Of a DNA stretch of 64,000 nt, positions 58,453 to 64,000 are shown in pieces. Where the stretch lies: NCBI GenBank assembly GCA_965224085.1, contig CBDCYI010000011.1:384001-448000 (forward strand), in the 5' to 3' direction. A model generated the notes under the pieces. It was not told the origin of the DNA, did no database searches, and saw nothing but the letters and a program-made list of their open reading frames with translations. How positions within the stretch are numbered: position 1 is the first letter of the stretch; every line of letters begins with the position of its first letter. The DNA is from Candidatus Marinacidobacterales bacterium (GTDB lineage Bacteria; Acidobacteriota; Vicinamibacteria; Marinacidobacterales; SMYC01). The position numbers were made by a program, and so were the translations under genes.

Positions 58453-60357
58453 CTAGGAGACGCCCAGGATCTCATTGAGATTCATCGGTAAACGGATGGT
58501 GAAGCGCGTACCTTCACCGAGGGTGCTTTCCGCGGTAATCGTGCCGTGATGGTCTTGAATGATCTGGTAACAGATGGAGAGGCCCAACCCGGTCCCGACG
58601 CCAACGCCTTTCGTGGTGAATCCGGGATCGAAGACTTTGGCGAGGTTTTCGGGGGCGATGCCGGCGCCGTCATCTTGAATCGCGACGGTAACCCAGTCGC
58701 CTTCGACAGCCGTTCGGATCGTGATGGTGCCCGCGTCTGAAATCGCCTGGCGCGCGTTGTTCAGAAGATTCAAGATGACTTGATTCAGCCGGCTCGGATA
58801 GACCGAGATTTCGGGGAGCTCGCCATAGTCCCTCACGATCTCGATGTGGTGCTTGATCTGATGATGGACGAGCGTCAGCGTGTCCTCGAGCCCGTCGTGG
58901 ATGTCGACGTTCTTGAGCTCGGCCTCGTCGAGACGCGCGAAGCTCCGCAGCCGCCGGACGATCTCTCCCACGCGCGTGGCGCCGGAGTTGATGACCTGAT
59001 TCGCGTCGTTGATGACGCCGAAAATCTTTACGAGCTTCTTGTCGTCTGCGAACAGCCCGGGGTTGCTCGTCTCGAGATGTTCCTTTAACTTCTCGACCCC
59101 TCGCACGAGTGTGTCGTGCATGCTCGTCATCGCTCCAACGGGTGTGTTGATCTCATGAGCAATGCCGGCTACGAGGCTTCCGAGAGATGCCATCTTCTCC
59201 GACTGAACGAGCTGCGCCTGCATGTCACGTAGCTCTTGGTTGGCCTCCGCGAGCTCACTCATCGCGCGCTTGATCTCGGTGATGTCGCGGCCCATCCCCA
59301 CGTAGAGCGCGAGCTCCCCCGTGGCGTCATGAATGGGAAAGATAGAGATATCGATAGGGACGCTGGTGCCGTCCTTGGTAACGCCTCTCGCTTCGCCGCG
59401 GTAGCGTCCGGTGTTGGCGATCGCTTCTTTGATGTTCGAGGTCTCGCCCGGCTCGAGCAAATCGAACACCGTTTTGCCGGCGACGTCCTCGTCGGTCCAA
59501 CCCGTGCGCTGCTCGTGCGCGGGGTTGCGCTCGACGATGTGACCCTCCTTGTCGATGATGGTGATGACGTCTACCGAGTGCATGAAGACTTCGCGGTAGA
59601 TCTGGAGCTTCTCCTCCATCTCCTTCCGGCGCGTGATGTCTAGAAAGCCTCCTAGCACGACCGCCTCGCCGCCGATCTCGGTCTCCGCAAGGGAGAAGAC
59701 CATCCACATGAGGCTCCCGTCGGCGCGCCGGACTTGCACTTCGAGGCCTTTGGCGAAGCCGTCCTTCTCGAGGCGCGCGATGACCTCGTCGCGCTCGCCC
59801 GCGTTGTAGTAGAACTCGGTCGACGAGCGTCCCTTCATGTCTTCGGGACGCATACCGACGGCGTCCGCAAGATGGCGGTTCGCATAGAGAATCTCGCCGT
59901 CCGATTTCCGGGTGATGATGTAAGGAACGGGCGCTGACTCGACGAGACGGGTGAGCTGCTCTTCAGCTTGGCGCTGCCAGCGCCGAAGCTTTGCGAACTC
60001 GAGAGCTTGGTGGATCGTGATCTCCATCTCGTTCACGCTGACCGGCTTGACGAGAAACCGTTGCGCTCCCTGCATGACTGCTTGTACGGCAAGCGGAACG
60101 GAAGGATGTGCCGTCAGAAGAACGAACGGAAGATCGGGATCCAGTTTTTGAACGTGCTCGAGAACGGCAAGCCCGTTCATCTCGGGCATGTTGAGATCGC
60201 AGAGCACGAGCGCGGGCTTGTCGGAAGCGAGAAGCTCGAGTCCTGCCTTACCGGAGGAGGCGGCCGCAACAGAGAAGCCTCTTTCCTCGAGGCTCGCGGC
60301 CATCTTCTGGCGTTGCTCTAGGTCGTCCTCGATATAGAGCAGCTTGACGTCGGCCAT
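58453..60357 (-). CDS. Hybrid sensor kinase REC-PAS-PAS-HisKA-HATPase
   Basis: CDLNMP receiver; two PAS domains; AHEINTP H-box; GTGLGLS G2 box. Confidence 0.93.
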   Translation of the reverse strand: MADVKLLYIEDDLEQRQKMAASLEERGFSVAAASSGKAGLELLASDKPALVLCDLNMPEMNGLAVLEHVQKLDPDLPFVLLTAHPSVPLAVQAVMQGAQRFLVKPVSVNEMEITIHQALEFAKLRRWQRQAEEQLTRLVESAPVPYIITRKSDGEILYANRHLADAVGMRPEDMKGRSSTEFYYNAGERDEVIARLEKDGFAKGLEVQVRRADGSLMWMVFSLAETEIGGEAVVLGGFLDITRRKEMEEKLQIYREVFMHSVDVITIIDKEGHIVERNPAHEQRTGWTDEDVAGKTVFDLLEPGETSNIKEAIANTGRYRGEARGVTKDGTSVPIDISIFPIHDATGELALYVGMGRDITEIKRAMSELAEANQELRDMQAQLVQSEKMASLGSLVAGIAHEINTPVGAMTSMHDTLVRGVEKLKEHLETSNPGLFADDKKLVKIFGVINDANQVINSGATRVGEIVRRLRSFARLDEAELKNVDIHDGLEDTLTLVHHQIKHHIEIVRDYGELPEISVYPSRLNQVILNLLNNARQAISDAGTITIRTAVEGDWVTVAIQDDGAGIAPENLAKVFDPGFTTKGVGVGTGLGLSICYQIIQDHHGTITAESTLGEGTRFTIRLPMNLNEILGVS

Positions 60358-60386
60358 CGCGCGATGGGCGTTCGTGAGTCCTGAAG

Positions 60387-61397
<1,011 letters not shown>

Positions 61398-61581
61398 CTA
61401 CTCCTAATCGAGGATTCCTCCGGCCCGCGTCCTGCCCCACGCCAATTAAAACACGCCTATCGAGAAACTCCCAGCGAGTGAGCGAGAGTATAGGTCGCGA
61501 CCCGCGAAGCTGTCAACACGTCGGCGCATGCCGTAACTTGCTTGTTTTCAGTTGATTCCGTATAGTCCTCTCCGACCTTTG

Positions 61582-62832
61582 ATGTATCATCTTTATAGCG
61601 TCCTTTTCTCGGGGCTCCTCGTGATTAGCCTCCCGTATTTGCTGTATCGGAGCCTTTGCGAAAAAGGCTACGCGCGAAGTCTTCGCGAGCGCTTTGGAAT
61701 CACTGAGCTCGGGGCGCCGAAAGAGCCTTCGATTTGGATCCACGCGGTCTCGGTGGGCGAGGTGCTGGCGGCCGCGACCCTGCTACCGTCGCTAAAAAAG
61801 GCGTTTCCCGACACGCCAGTCGTTGTATCGGTCATCACGGTCACCGGACGCCAAGTCGCTGCCGACAAGCTCGCGGGCGTGGACGTCGTCTTCTACTGCC
61901 CGTTCGACCTCGCGTTTCTCGTGCGCCGCGTCGTCAAAAAGATGCGCCCGCGCGCCCTCGTCGTCATGGAGACCGAGCTTTGGCCGCATTTGCTCCGCGA
62001 GGTGCGTCGGGCTGGGGCGGTCGCGATGGTCGCGAACGGCCGCATCTCCGATGGATCTTTCCCGCGCTATCAGGCCATCGCCGGTGTCATGAAGCACTAT
62101 CTCGAGCAGGTGGACGTCTTCTGCATGCAGGACGAGCTCTACGCCGAACGCATCGCAGCACTCGGCGCGCCCGCCGGCAAGATCAAACTGACGGGAAGCT
62201 TGAAGTTCGACGGACTACCCCAAGCGTCGCCCTACTACGGTCGCGTCTTTCCCGAAGGGCGGCGGGTTCTCGTGGGAGGGAGCACGCTAGCCGGCGAAGA
62301 GGCGGCGCTGCTTTCCATTTTCACATCCCTTCGAAAGGACTATCCCGATCTCTTCCTCGTGATCGCACCGCGCCATGCTCCGCGCTTCGACGAAGTCTAC
62401 GAGCTCGCTCGTGGTCGCGACGTGCGTGTCTCTCGCCGTTCATCGCCGGCGGCCATGCCGGCCGATACCGACGTGCTGATTCTCGATACGCTCGGAGAGC
62501 TCGCCTCACTCTACCGAGAAGCCGACTATGTTTTTGTCGGGGGGAGCCTCGCTGACCAGGGAGGCCACAACATCATCGAGCCCGCGTCCGACGGCAAGCC
62601 GGTTTTGTTCGGACCGCATATGCAAAATTTCGCCGACATCGCGCGCTCGTTTCTCGAAGCGGAGGCGGTCGTCCAGGTCGAAGACGCTGGGGCGCTCGAG
62701 GCCGCGCTTCGAGAGTTGATCGAAAGCCCCGATAAAGGACGCACCCTCGGCGAGCGTGCACGGCGCGTCGTCGAAGAAAAACGTGGTGCCTCCGAGCGCA
62801 CAACCGCCGTCTTGAAAGAGCTCCTCGCATGA
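61582..62832 (+). CDS. waaA: Kdo transferase
   Basis: IWIHAVSVGE, METELWP, IAPRH, GGHNIIEP. Confidence 0.95.
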   Translation: MYHLYSVLFSGLLVISLPYLLYRSLCEKGYARSLRERFGITELGAPKEPSIWIHAVSVGEVLAAATLLPSLKKAFPDTPVVVSVITVTGRQVAADKLAGVDVVFYCPFDLAFLVRRVVKKMRPRALVVMETELWPHLLREVRRAGAVAMVANGRISDGSFPRYQAIAGVMKHYLEQVDVFCMQDELYAERIAALGAPAGKIKLTGSLKFDGLPQASPYYGRVFPEGRRVLVGGSTLAGEEAALLSIFTSLRKDYPDLFLVIAPRHAPRFDEVYELARGRDVRVSRRSSPAAMPADTDVLILDTLGELASLYREADYVFVGGSLADQGGHNIIEPASDGKPVLFGPHMQNFADIARSFLEAEAVVQVEDAGALEAALRELIESPDKGRTLGERARRVVEEKRGASERTTAVLKELLA

Positions 62833-63824
62833 GAGCGCTTGCGCCGCTCTCATGGATTTACGGCGCGGCTGTCTCTCTCCGTAACCGTTATTACGATCGC
62901 GTCGAGCCCAAAAAGCTCGGCGTTCCTGTCGTGAGTGTTGGCAACCTCACGGTGGGTGGGAGCGGCAAAACTCCGTTCGTGGAACTTGTCTCGCGGCACT
63001 TCTTGTCGCGAAAGATTCCCGTCGCCGTGCTCTCTCGAGGTTATGGACGGGAGGGAAGTGCGCCGTTCGTTCTCGTCTCGGATGGACAAAGGGTGCTCGC
63101 GAGCGCTCGGGATGGCGGTGACGAGCCGGTCGAGCTCGCGGGCAAGGTCGATGGTCTCGTGGTAGCGGTGGGCGCCGACCGCTACGAAGCGGGCTGTATT
63201 TTGATCGAAAGGCTTGGTCCTCATGTTCTCGTGCTCGACGACGGGTTCCAACATCGGCGGCTATACCGCGATCTGGATATCGTGTGTTTCGATTGTGGTG
63301 ACCCGGACTTGCGTCTTTTACCCGCGGGTCGTTTGCGTGAGCCTGTCGCAAGCCTGTCGCGCGCGCATGCGATCGTGCTCACTGGCTATCGTGACGGCTG
63401 TCGCCCTCCCCCGCGCTTCGACAAGCTGGTGCTGCGCTCGATCACTCGCGTGGTCGGGTTTTCCCGGCTCGACGGGGCGGAGCAGCTCGGGGCCGGTGCT
63501 TTTCGCGGCAAGCCAGTGGCGCTGGCTGTCGGCATCGCGCGGCCGGAGAGAGTTCGAGAGTGTCTCGACGCGAACGTTGTGTTGTTCGAGACGCGTCGAG
63601 ACCATCATCCGTGGAACGCGTCGGAGCTCGACGCGATCGCGGCTGGTGCGAGCGGCAAGGGTGCCCGGGCGCTTCTCCTGACGGGAAAAGACGCCGCGAA
63701 GCTGGAAGAAGGCGCGGCCGCAGCACTCCCGATCTATCGCATCGACATCGAGAGCGAAGTCTTGGACGCCGCCGCACTCGGTGCGCTCTTGGACGGCGTG
63801 CCCTCGTTGGCTCCGCTGGGTTGA
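62829..63824 (+). CDS. lpxK: Tetraacyldisaccharide 4'-kinase
   Basis: VGNLTVGGSGKTP, LSRGYG, LDDGFQH, LPAGRLRE. Confidence 0.95.
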   Translation: MRALAPLSWIYGAAVSLRNRYYDRVEPKKLGVPVVSVGNLTVGGSGKTPFVELVSRHFLSRKIPVAVLSRGYGREGSAPFVLVSDGQRVLASARDGGDEPVELAGKVDGLVVAVGADRYEAGCILIERLGPHVLVLDDGFQHRRLYRDLDIVCFDCGDPDLRLLPAGRLREPVASLSRAHAIVLTGYRDGCRPPPRFDKLVLRSITRVVGFSRLDGAEQLGAGAFRGKPVALAVGIARPERVRECLDANVVLFETRRDHHPWNASELDAIAAGASGKGARALLLTGKDAAKLEEGAAAALPIYRIDIESEVLDAAALGALLDGVPSLAPLG

Positions 63825-63874
63825 GAGTGGCGTTTCGGTGTATCATACGTGGTTTGGTCCGGTTTGGTTTTCGT

Positions 63875-64000
63875 ATGAAGCACCATCTCGAGTACTTGCT
63901 GGCGCGCGCGCTTTCTGTGGTGATGCGTTTTTTGCCGCGCCGGGCGCAGCTTGCGTGGGGACGCGCGGCGGGGAGCCTCGTCTTCACGCTCGATGCGAGG
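63875..64000 (+). CDS. Lipid A acyltransferase (LpxL/HtrB-like), N-terminus only
   Basis: MKHHLEYLLARALSVVMRFLPRRAQLAWGRAAGSLVF...; follows waaA-lpxK. Confidence 0.6.
   Translation, partial: MKHHLEYLLARALSVVMRFLPRRAQLAWGRAAGSLVFTLDAR

Overview
GC-rich bacterial chromosome window, probably from an Acidobacteriota (Vicinamibacteria-like) genome; this is inferred only from gene-family content (DUF1549/1553-DUF1501, DUF4388, PD40-type kinase). The left third is accessory DNA: an IS1595 transposase end with likely passenger genes, a nucleoside hydrolase/transporter/ribokinase locus, a DUF1549/1553-DUF1501-FGE cluster, IS6 copies, an att-like site that looks like a tRNA-Ser 3' end, tRNA-Gln(CTG), an IS5 pseudogene and a roughly 9 kb nested IS pile-up (rve elements, tyrosine recombinase + IS91, two ISAzo13, IS256, IS1595). 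The rest is mostly core: pilT-like ATPase, TPR protein, thiolase/CoA-transferase/ABC1 kinase, a lytic transglycosylase with a long structured leader, glycosyltransferases, a complete attenuator-controlled trpEGDCFBA-aroF operon, a K+ channel, an IS6-truncated kinase, tRNA-Leu(GAG), secG-tpiA-pgk, a cobalamin-riboswitch-controlled B12 uptake/salvage operon lying between pgk and gap, and waaA-lpxK-lpxL. No CRISPR array, rRNA or reverse transcriptase was seen. The best novelty candidates are the structured transglycosylase leader RNA, an inverted mini-IS91-like end module next to the recombinase-IS91 element, the tRNA-Ser-type att remnant and the DUF1549/1501/FGE cluster. All calls come from reading the sequence by eye; no searches were run.
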